A DNA stretch of 39,705 bases from a virus: IMG/VR virus record IMGVR_UViG_3300025174_000056. One strand, 5' to 3'. Of this stretch, positions 8,932 through 16,596 are shown piece after piece. The first letter of the stretch is position 1. Each line of letters opens with the position of its first letter. The notes beneath the pieces were generated by a model, which was not told the origin of the DNA, did no database searches, and was given only the letters and a program-made list of their open reading frames with translations. A program made the translations under genes and the position numbers.

Positions 8932-9522
8932 ATGGCCCCTAAGATTCAATACACCGATGAACAAGTTTCTGATGCGGCGGCACGTTCTCGCCTACGCGAG
9001 GGTTGGTATAAGTTTGTTATTAGAGATGCAGAAGCTACTATTTCGGCGACATCAAAGCATTTGATGCTAGTATCAAATGATCTTGCTATGGAAGATCATG
9101 ATGATACAAGCTCGGCTGTTACTCCCGGAGTGAAGAATCGCTTGGTTCTTCCTTTTGCTAATTCAGATGAAGAAGGACATGTTGGTCCTAATACTTCTGG
9201 ATTTTGTATTCAATGGGCTCGGGCTTTGCTTGGGTCAAAGGAAATTCCGTATTATCCGAAGCGTGACCCTAAGACTCAAAAGCTTTCATTCGGTGATGAA
9301 GAAATCACTGAGGAGCAGGCCGGAACTATCAGAAAGCAAATCTTGAAGAAGGTTTTTGACCAAGTTATTGCTTGGTATGATGACCCGGCTTTGTTGACTG
9401 GTAAGGTCTATTATGGCCTTGTTGAGCATTCTGGAGATTATGCTCAGGTTGCAAAGATGGAATATTCACTGCCACCGAAGACTGAGTGTGTTCCTAAGGG
9501 GCATTTCATCGTAAAGAATTAA
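8932..9522 (+). CDS. Putative single-stranded DNA-binding protein (DUF669-like)
   Basis: EGWYKFVIRDAE..SATSKHLML beta-strand pattern; position after the Sak4-like ATPase; strong codon bias. Confidence 0.6.
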   Translation: MAPKIQYTDEQVSDAAARSRLREGWYKFVIRDAEATISATSKHLMLVSNDLAMEDHDDTSSAVTPGVKNRLVLPFANSDEEGHVGPNTSGFCIQWARALLGSKEIPYYPKRDPKTQKLSFGDEEITEEQAGTIRKQILKKVFDQVIAWYDDPALLTGKVYYGLVEHSGDYAQVAKMEYSLPPKTECVPKGHFIVKN

Positions 9523-9528
9523 GCTTGA

Positions 9529-9557
9529 ATGCGGATTATTTAATAGATAATCCGCAT
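9529..9557 (+). other. Hairpin directly 5' of tRNA-Leu (processing signal or weak terminator)
   Basis: ATGCGGATTAT (9529-9539) pairs perfectly with ATAATCCGCAT (9547-9557); no long U-tract. Confidence 0.6.
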
Positions 9558-9560
9558 CTT

Positions 9561-9642
9561 GCCGAAGTGGCGAAATGGTATACGCAGAAGACTTAAAATC
9601 TTCCGTTGAATAAACATGCGGGTTCGAGTCCCGCCTTCGGCA
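9561..9642 (+). tRNA. tRNA-Leu (anticodon UAA)
   Basis: Acceptor GCCGAAG/CTTCGGC; anticodon stem GAAGA/TCTTC with loop CTTAAAA; long variable arm; T arm GCGGG-TTCGAGT-CCCGC; discriminator A; CCA not encoded. Confidence 0.92.
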
Positions 9643-9873
9643 TTGTATTGGAGGAAATTAAATGTTGATATTAAAAGTCCCAAGTGTATCTATGCAAACA
9701 CCTCTTGGGCGTATATATATATTTATCCTGGAGAAGCATTTACTGTATATCTTAAAGGAGAGGATAACCAAGTAGCAGTTGAGCTGCATGTTACACCAGA
9801 AGGCATTATAAATATTCTTCTTCAAGAAGAACATAAAAAGTATATTCATACATTTAGTGAGATTTATGAATAA
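9643..9873 (+). CDS. Hypothetical protein with an unresolved start (the SD-preceded ATG at 9662 is out of frame)
   Basis: The frame ending at 9873 has phage-like codon usage and overlaps the next gene. The track start (9616) is inside the tRNA; the only in-frame start after the tRNA is TTG 9643. Confidence 0.5.
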   Translation: MYWRKLNVDIKSPKCIYANTSWAYIYIYPGEAFTVYLKGEDNQVAVELHVTPEGIINILLQEEHKKYIHTFSEIYE

Positions 9874-10147
9874 ACAACATATAGATCAAGTAAATCGAGA
9901 TATAAAAGCATTTACATGGAATGCTAAGATATTTCAAGTTAGATTTAAGGAGGTAGCATTAAGCTTAACTATATCTGAATTAATGCGCATAACTGGATTA
10001 GCTATGTCTACAGCGCATCATTTAAGATTGAGTAAGGTAGCTACTCCATCAATTAGAACTTTAGCTATTATTTGTGGATATACTGGAATTTCTTTAGATT
10101 GGATTCTCGGATTGTCGGAAAGGAAGTATCAAGATGATTGTGAGTGA
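9866..10147 (+). CDS. XRE/Cro-C1-type helix-turn-helix regulator
   Basis: LTISELMRITGLAMSTAHHL...PSIRTLAIICGYTGISLDWILG is a typical XRE pattern. Confidence 0.8.
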   Translation: MNKQHIDQVNRDIKAFTWNAKIFQVRFKEVALSLTISELMRITGLAMSTAHHLRLSKVATPSIRTLAIICGYTGISLDWILGLSERKYQDDCE

Positions 10148-10370
10148 TTCTGTATCAGATTTTATTACGCATTATGAAGCTAGACAACATGAAGAAATAG
10201 CTAGGAATGCTTTTATACAAAAAGAGCTTTTGAAAGCTATTACTAGTTTGATAGAACAGAATAGATTTTTGAATGCAAAAATTGATTTGGTTAAAGCCAT
10301 GGCTGAATCTTTGGATAAAAATATTGAAACCATTAAAGCTGGTGTTATAATTGAAGTTTCTAAGGATTAA
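10134..10370 (+). CDS. Hypothetical coiled-coil protein
   Basis: Heptad-like helix; overlaps the upstream stop. Confidence 0.65.
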   Translation: MIVSDSVSDFITHYEARQHEEIARNAFIQKELLKAITSLIEQNRFLNAKIDLVKAMAESLDKNIETIKAGVIIEVSKD

Positions 10371-10372
10371 AT

Positions 10373-10969
10373 ATGAAAATTATTGGATTTTCTGGTAAGT
10401 CTGGATCTGGTAAAGATACTGGCGCTGATAATTTACAAACATTACTATCAGTTAATGGGTATGCGGCAAAATTGTTTTCTTTTGCAATACCGTTGAAAGA
10501 TATTGTTAATGCTTGTTGTGGTTTTCAAGAAAATAAAGATTCTCCAGCCTATACTATAGATGGTAAAGAATACACTCCTGGAGAAATGTATCAAATAGTA
10601 GGTCAAGGTATTAGACAAGCTATTCCTGGATTCTTTGCTAATAGGTTACGGCATTGGATTAATACAAAGCATTTGAACACTGTTACTTCTGGGGCTAATA
10701 TTGGAAATACATATTATACTGATCCAGATTATTTAATAATAACTGATGTCCGATTTATAAATGAAGCTCAACTTATACGTGATATGGGAGGTAAAATAGT
10801 ACGTATCCACAGAAATGTAGTTAGTCTTAGACCACAGACTCATATTTCTGAGACAGAAATGGATACTCTTGAATTTAGAGATCTTGTTAATTTTGATATC
10901 TATAATCACGGAGATCTTGCAGCTTTCTATAAATCTATTAAGGCATTATACACGGCGATAGTTGAATAA
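10373..10969 (+). CDS. Deoxynucleoside monophosphate (dNMP) kinase
   Basis: IIGFSGKSGSGKDT, FAIPLKD, ITDVRFINEA and HISETE motifs of phage dNMP kinases. Confidence 0.88.
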   Translation: MKIIGFSGKSGSGKDTGADNLQTLLSVNGYAAKLFSFAIPLKDIVNACCGFQENKDSPAYTIDGKEYTPGEMYQIVGQGIRQAIPGFFANRLRHWINTKHLNTVTSGANIGNTYYTDPDYLIITDVRFINEAQLIRDMGGKIVRIHRNVVSLRPQTHISETEMDTLEFRDLVNFDIYNHGDLAAFYKSIKALYTAIVE

Positions 10970-10974
10970 ATTTA

Positions 10975-13371
10975 ATGGAAGACTTTGTTAAATATGCTCA
11001 ATGTGAATCTTGTCCTTTACATGGAAAGCAGAAAGTTATTTCAAAAACATTAAATAAGAATGCTAGATTAATAATTCTAGGTGAAGGTCCCGGCGGAAGT
11101 GATGAAATAATGAAAGATGTATTTTCCGGCAAAGCCGGAATGTATCTTTCTATAGTCATGGAACGCCATGATATTCGTAAGGTAGATGTATATAGAACTA
11201 CAGCATTACTTTGTCGCGGAGATAAAACATTAAAAGAATGGGAATGGCGTCAAGCCGTAGCTTGTTGTCGGCCTAGACTTGCGGCAGAGTTAGCATTAAT
11301 TAATACTAAATATGTTGCTGCTCTTGGTCAGCGGGCACTTCAAACTTTAACAGATAAGTCTAAAATATTTGATAATATTGGTACTCCTCTTAATGGAATA
11401 GATACTTTTACTGGATATAAATTTATTGCTTGTTTGAATCCTGCTTTTATTCTACGAACACCGCAATGGGGACCCGTATTTGAAATTCATTTTACTAGAG
11501 CTTGGGCATTAGCTAATAATAATCTTCCAGAATGGAAATGGCCTAATATTATTTATGAACCTAATGAAGAAATGTTAGGTGCTCTGCATAAATTAAGGAA
11601 TAATCAAAATGATAGAATCATCGCGGTTGACGTTGAAACGGCTGATAAAGATTACAAATCAAAGCTTTTGGATATTGGCTTTTCTAACAAAACGCAAGCT
11701 ATTTCAGTTCCTTGGTTTGCTCTAGAGAAGAATAGTTTAATACATGAAGCTATAAGAAATGTAACAAAATCGATACTATCGGATATATCATTAACAAAAG
11801 TACTTCAGAATGGGCAGTTTGATTCGGCTGTATTTGCTTGGAATAATCTTGAATTTTCTGGTACGGATTTTGATACATTATTAGCTCATGCTGTAGTCGC
11901 TCCACGATTAAAGCATTCATTAGATATAATTGGATGTATTGAATTTCATGCACCTAGGTGGAAGATTATCTTTAAGAAAGCTAAAGATGATTCTGGTGGT
12001 AGCAGATACTTAAACGCAGATCCAATAGAACGAGCTATTTATAATGCTCGAGATTGTTATATAACCCGCCTTCTCTATGATGTTCTATTAGAACGCTTAT
12101 ACATAACACATAATGGTTTATCTTTATTCGAACAAAGTTTAGCTCTAACTAAAAGTTTAGCTTTACCTATGCGTTTATATGGAGTCCGGGTTGATGCATC
12201 TAAATTTGAATATCATAGAAAACTTCTTTCTGAAAAGAAAGAGCAAATTTTAGGAGAAATGTATAGTTTAGCTATACAGGCTGGATTTCAAACATTTTCT
12301 CCAACTAAAGATGTTCGAAAATTCTTTCAACATCTTGGAATTAAATCTACTAAATTAAGCCAAAAGACTGGGCAAGAATCCTTTGATGCTAAAGTATTAA
12401 CTAGTCTTTGCGCTCATCCTAATGAAGTAGCAGCAAAGATGGCTCGTGCTATTTTAGTATTTCGTCGATATGCTAAGCTATTAGCTACATATATAGAAGG
12501 CTTAAATATAGATGAATCTGGAAGAATACATCCTACTTGGAATACTCATGGAACTAGAACAGGGCGTTGGTCTTCACAAGAACCAAATGTGATGAATATT
12601 CCTAAGCCTCAATATGGTAGAAATGAAGTTGGTGAAAAGATTATTATAAAATCTGGGCTTAGAGATTTATTTCAAGCATCAGAAGGAAAATATTTAGTTT
12701 CAGCCGATTATTCGGCTCTAGAAGCTAGGATTATTGCCTTGATTTCTGGAGATAAAATTCTTTGTGATTGGTTTCTACATAATGTAGATGTTCATATAGA
12801 GACGGCTAAGATTTTATTTAAGACTAATAATCCAACATCTCAACAACGAGAATTAGCTAAAAAAGTACGTTACGGGTATCATTATGGCTCTTCTACTGAA
12901 ACTGCGTGGCGTTCCTTAATTGTAGATTATCCAACACTACCAATGTCTTTTGTTGGAAGGCTATTTAAGGAATTAAAATCTTTACATCCAGGCATATCTA
13001 GCTATCAAAATCAAACTCTAAGAGATGCTAGAGAAAAAGGATATGTAGAATGTCCAATATCTGGTAGGCGACATCATTTTCATGGGCAATTAGATCCTAG
13101 TGTTGCATTAAATGTACCTATTCAAGGTAGCGCAGCCGACGTTATAAACCCGGCGGCATTAAGATTAAATATGCGCCTAACTTCTGAAGAAAAATTCATA
13201 TTTCAAATCCATGATGATTTAACTCTGGAAGGACCAGATTTTATTTCTTTAGGAAAAAAGTTAAAAGAAGAAATGGAACGTGAAATTCAAGTTAAAGATG
13301 CTAAAATGATATTTCCTGTAGATTTATCTTACGGTAAAAATTGGGGCGAGATGAAACACCTGGAGCTATAA
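10975..13371 (+). CDS. polA: Family A DNA polymerase with an N-terminal family-4 UDG-like domain and a 3'-5' exonuclease
   Basis: UDG-like: CESC, GEGPG, LCR, CC, LNPAFILR. Exonuclease: DVET, QNGQFD, YNARD. Polymerase motifs: SADYSALEARI (A), RELAKKVRYGYHYG (B), IHDD (C). Confidence 0.93.
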   Translation: MEDFVKYAQCESCPLHGKQKVISKTLNKNARLIILGEGPGGSDEIMKDVFSGKAGMYLSIVMERHDIRKVDVYRTTALLCRGDKTLKEWEWRQAVACCRPRLAAELALINTKYVAALGQRALQTLTDKSKIFDNIGTPLNGIDTFTGYKFIACLNPAFILRTPQWGPVFEIHFTRAWALANNNLPEWKWPNIIYEPNEEMLGALHKLRNNQNDRIIAVDVETADKDYKSKLLDIGFSNKTQAISVPWFALEKNSLIHEAIRNVTKSILSDISLTKVLQNGQFDSAVFAWNNLEFSGTDFDTLLAHAVVAPRLKHSLDIIGCIEFHAPRWKIIFKKAKDDSGGSRYLNADPIERAIYNARDCYITRLLYDVLLERLYITHNGLSLFEQSLALTKSLALPMRLYGVRVDASKFEYHRKLLSEKKEQILGEMYSLAIQAGFQTFSPTKDVRKFFQHLGIKSTKLSQKTGQESFDAKVLTSLCAHPNEVAAKMARAILVFRRYAKLLATYIEGLNIDESGRIHPTWNTHGTRTGRWSSQEPNVMNIPKPQYGRNEVGEKIIIKSGLRDLFQASEGKYLVSADYSALEARIIALISGDKILCDWFLHNVDVHIETAKILFKTNNPTSQQRELAKKVRYGYHYGSSTETAWRSLIVDYPTLPMSFVGRLFKELKSLHPGISSYQNQTLRDAREKGYVECPISGRRHHFHGQLDPSVALNVPIQGSAADVINPAALRLNMRLTSEEKFIFQIHDDLTLEGPDFISLGKKLKEEMEREIQVKDAKMIFPVDLSYGKNWGEMKHLEL

Positions 13372-13604
13372 TGACAATATTTATTTGTCCTATCTGTTTT
13401 GCTACTACTGCCGCTAAATGTCTTAAATGTAAAGTTTATGCCGAAGAAGTAAATTCTGGGGCTAGTACTATTCTTACTATGGCAAGAGCTCTAAATGGTT
13501 TACTGTTAAGTCGAAAACCTAGTATAAGAATTTTAACTAAGAATATTATTCTTGATGGATATTGTCAAGTTTGTGGGCAATCTAATTGCGCTCAACATCT
13601 ATGA
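13371..13604 (+). CDS. Cys-rich putative zinc-binding protein
   Basis: CPIC..KCLKC and CQVC..NC..H; TAATG coupling at 13371. Confidence 0.65.
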   Translation: MTIFICPICFATTAAKCLKCKVYAEEVNSGASTILTMARALNGLLLSRKPSIRILTKNIILDGYCQVCGQSNCAQHL

Positions 13605-13888
13605 AAATTACAGAAGAAGATAGACAGAAATTTATCTCTACCGAAAATGCAATGTTATTTCATGTTGGAAAATATAATATATATGTAGAGCAATATAAAC
13701 CATACATACATAAAGCTATATCTTTTTTTAATTGTCCTATAGTAAGTACAGGAGATCATATACATCTTATCCAAGATGAATACTTATTTAAGCATAAACC
13801 AACCGTAATTAATGTAGGCTGTATTAGACAAGTTCAAGTAGTACTTATGTCTGAAGCTTGCATTAATAATGCTATTAGAAATAGATAA
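13601..13888 (+). CDS. Hypothetical protein
   Basis: ATGA overlap at 13601. Confidence 0.6.
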   Translation: MKITEEDRQKFISTENAMLFHVGKYNIYVEQYKPYIHKAISFFNCPIVSTGDHIHLIQDEYLFKHKPTVINVGCIRQVQVVLMSEACINNAIRNR

Positions 13889-13889
13889 T

Positions 13890-14186
13890 ATGCCAAAAAT
13901 TTCATCTATTGCAGTTGATCCTGATGATTTACCTAAATTAAAAGCTCTAATTATGTTAGAAGCTAAATCAAAAACCGTTATAGGTAAGGAAACTATAGCA
14001 GAAACATTAGCTATGTTAATTTTGCAACAGAAAGTATTGTTTATTCGCATTATGGCCGGCGAGATTGGAGTAGATATTCAAAAAACATTTCCAGCATATT
14101 CAGTACGTATTCGTCAATGCCTTCTAAACTTAGGTTTAATTGATGTTCCACGAGAAGAAAATGCCGAAGATATACAACCGCTCTGA
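13890..14186 (+). CDS. Hypothetical helical protein; candidate terminase small subunit
   Basis: Position two genes before terL and helical character only; no diagnostic motif. Confidence 0.45.
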   Translation: MPKISSIAVDPDDLPKLKALIMLEAKSKTVIGKETIAETLAMLILQQKVLFIRIMAGEIGVDIQKTFPAYSVRIRQCLLNLGLIDVPREENAEDIQPL

Positions 14187-14391
14187 TATTTTAGAACATA
14201 GATACATAATCAGTGATAAAGAACGCTATCAATGGTTTAAGCTTTGGTGTGATGGTTTATCTTGCCAAAAGATCAGCGAGAGATATGGTAGAAATTATAA
14301 TACAATAGCTGATTTCATACGTACATTTTTAGGTATTGATGAATTGCCACAGACTTGTACTAGAACATTAAATACTGAACACGAGATATAA
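14161..14391 (+). CDS. Small helix-turn-helix DNA-binding protein (alternative TerS candidate)
   Basis: GLSCQKISERYGRNYNTIADFIR HTH pattern; immediately upstream of terL. Confidence 0.6.
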   Translation: MPKIYNRSDILEHRYIISDKERYQWFKLWCDGLSCQKISERYGRNYNTIADFIRTFLGIDELPQTCTRTLNTEHEI

Positions 14392-14393
14392 GC

Positions 14394-16139
14394 ATGGCGT
14401 CTGTAGAAGCAAAAATAAAATTTTTACAGAAACATTGGCTTAATCCAAAAGGGAAAAAATTTTCTATAGAAGGTCGAGAATGGGTATTAGATTATTTTCG
14501 TTCCTTAGATGGGTTTAAGCTTTGGCCTGTTAATATAAATAAGGTTTGCCTTCTATGTAGAACTCAATGGGGAGCTATCATAGAAGATGAAAGTGAATCT
14601 AAATCTACTAGGACAGAAAAACATAGACAAGAAAATCAAGGCTGCGAAGGATTATCATCTGAACCAATTTTCTTTACTGTATTCAAGGCAGATCGTCGAA
14701 CTGGAAAAACTTTTAATTTCGGTGCATATTGCGGCGCGTCTATGTTTCTTGAAACATGGCAAAATATAGGTTTTGTTTCTACATCTTTTATGTCTTCAGA
14801 AGATTTAGTTCAGGAAAATTTTCGCGGGCCTATAGAAGCATCTAAAGCTCTGAATGCTAGAGCTACGATGATGAAACGTATTATTACTATACCAAGACAG
14901 CGTAGTAAATTACGTTTCTTTGGTACTATTCCGAAAGCCATGACTGGAAAAGGGTTTACATTATTAGGTATAGATGAAGCTCGTGATGTTGATGCTAAAG
15001 TTGCAATAGCTGTTTTACCATCTATTCAAGAATCCGGCGGCATTAGATGTATGCTTTGTGCTTATTTCAAAGCAGAAATACCAAGTCAAACTATAGATAA
15101 ATGCCCTAATTGTGGAGGAAATCTTAGGCATTGGTTTGGTCGAGCTTGTATTATGTCTTCATCTGGTATCATTAAAGAACGTGCAGTTTTAGATTGGTTT
15201 TTTCATCTTAAAAATCGTTTAGCGTCTGAGCCCGATAAAAATGCGCATTTAATTGAAATTGATAATGCTGCAGAAGCAAATCCAGATTTTAATATAGATG
15301 CAAAATCGGCGGCTCGACGTATTTTCTCAACTGTAGAAGGCCTAAAAGAATTAGTAGATATTGAATATAATTCGGAATTTCGACGCATTGGTGATCAATT
15401 TATATCTAAACAGGATATAGATGCCTGTGTCGATTCTGCATTAAATAATGATATTCTTCCTGCTCTAGAACCAACGGTGATGTTTTTAGACACATCTCGT
15501 ATTCAACATCTAACTTCATTAGTTGCTCTTTCATCAGAGTCTTTTGGTAAGAAAAATTTTGAGAAATGTTTTGTATCTCAAATTCATGTTTGGGATCCTC
15601 GAGAAAAAACAATTAGTGGTAAATTAGTTTTACCCTATGGTATAGAACCAAATTCAATCGAAGAAACTGTAGATATAATTTTACCACAATATCCAAATCT
15701 CATAGGATTATGGGTAGATTGTAGGAATGCTAAAGCTGTAACTTGGGCTAAGCCTTTTGTTAAAAAGTTAAAGGAAAAGTCTTATGGACATTTAGTGCAT
15801 AGTGTCTTCGAGTCTGAATATGGAAAAAACTTTCGTGACGCAGGATGGGCTGAGATAGAACGCCTTATTATGCATCGTTTAATTCGATATCCAAATGTTT
15901 TAAGATTGCTTCAAGAATTAAATGGTGCAGTTTGGAAAATGTATAGAGGAAATATGCAAGTACGTGAATCTACAGCATCAAACCATTTAGATGTTGCTGA
16001 AGGTTTAGCAAGTACAGCTATTTTAGCTTTAATGCATGGTAATAAAAGAATAGGAACTTTCAAACCAAGTGAAAATATTGAATCTAAACTTAAAGATATA
16101 AATGAAAAAGTTAAACAGAAGTTTCGTGGTAGTTTCTAG
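14394..16139 (+). CDS. terL: Terminase large subunit with two Cys-rich insertions
   Basis: Walker A ADRRTGKT, Walker B LLGIDEAR, coupling motif IMSSSG, nuclease acidic residues FLDT, WVD and HLDVAE; sits upstream of the portal. Confidence 0.85.
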   Translation: MASVEAKIKFLQKHWLNPKGKKFSIEGREWVLDYFRSLDGFKLWPVNINKVCLLCRTQWGAIIEDESESKSTRTEKHRQENQGCEGLSSEPIFFTVFKADRRTGKTFNFGAYCGASMFLETWQNIGFVSTSFMSSEDLVQENFRGPIEASKALNARATMMKRIITIPRQRSKLRFFGTIPKAMTGKGFTLLGIDEARDVDAKVAIAVLPSIQESGGIRCMLCAYFKAEIPSQTIDKCPNCGGNLRHWFGRACIMSSSGIIKERAVLDWFFHLKNRLASEPDKNAHLIEIDNAAEANPDFNIDAKSAARRIFSTVEGLKELVDIEYNSEFRRIGDQFISKQDIDACVDSALNNDILPALEPTVMFLDTSRIQHLTSLVALSSESFGKKNFEKCFVSQIHVWDPREKTISGKLVLPYGIEPNSIEETVDIILPQYPNLIGLWVDCRNAKAVTWAKPFVKKLKEKSYGHLVHSVFESEYGKNFRDAGWAEIERLIMHRLIRYPNVLRLLQELNGAVWKMYRGNMQVRESTASNHLDVAEGLASTAILALMHGNKRIGTFKPSENIESKLKDINEKVKQKFRGSF

Positions 16140-16236
16140 GGTTATTCTCATTGAGGGTTATCCCGCTATTGACATCCTCGGGGTTAGCCCCGTATCCTCG
16201 AATCGGTCGAATTGGTCGAATCAGTCGATGGTTCAT
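16111..16236 (-). CDS. Candidate antisense micro-protein (41 aa), not in the ORF track
   Basis: The minus strand reads AAGGAAAACT-ATGAAC, 16 nt identical to the initiation region of the gene at 7907; ORF MNHRLIRPIRPIRGYGANPEDVNSGITLNENNPRNYHETSV. Confidence 0.4.
   Translation of the reverse strand: MNHRLIRPIRPIRGYGANPEDVNSGITLNENNPRNYHETSV
16169..16198 (+). promoter_or_regulatory. Putative sigma70 promoter with a palindromic spacer
   Basis: TTGACA (16169-16174), 18-bp spacer, TATCCT (16193-16198); the spacer contains CGGGG-TTAG-CCCCG. Confidence 0.55.
16198..16231 (+). repeat. 9-bp tandem repeat TCGAAT(C/T)(G/A)G, four copies
   Basis: TCGA at 16198, 16207, 16216 and 16225. Confidence 0.75.
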
Positions 16237-16293
16237 AGTTTTCCTTTCTTGGTTTTAGATGGTATTTCCTTAAAAAAATCCATCATTAATTAA

Positions 16294-16512
16294 ATGACAG
16301 CTAAACGCGATAATGAAATTACTCCTGGAACATTAGCTGCTGTTTTGGAAATAGATCCTAGGACAGCGCAGCGTTGGGCAGAAAATGCTATTAATGGTGA
16401 AACTTCACCATTGAATAAGTCTAAGGTTAGGCGTTCTATTACTGGACGTTACTATGTAGAACGAGATGAATTAAAGCGTCTCAAAGAGAAATTTGGTCTT
16501 TATTCGTTCTAA
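16294..16512 (+). CDS. Excisionase/MerR-like helix-turn-helix protein
   Basis: ITPGTLAAVLEIDPRTAQRWAE..GRYYVERDELKRL matches the HTH_17/Xis pattern. Confidence 0.72.
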   Translation: MTAKRDNEITPGTLAAVLEIDPRTAQRWAENAINGETSPLNKSKVRRSITGRYYVERDELKRLKEKFGLYSF

Positions 16513-16596
16513 ATAGTCAATGTCAGGCATTCAGAAAACCAGGCTATCGGGCAACCCGACTAGGCAAGTCTTGTCTCGTGATATATCCTATCCTCC

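Noticed and set aside
10373-13371. Hypermodified-base or dU-DNA pathway
   Set aside because: Only a dNMP kinase and a degenerate UDG domain are present; no thymidylate synthase homologue, dCMP deaminase, PurZ, Que genes or glycosyltransferase is seen in the window.
14394-16139. Inteins in the terminase
   Set aside because: The insertions are only about 30-45 aa, Cys-rich, and lack intein N-terminal C/S and C-terminal HN signatures.
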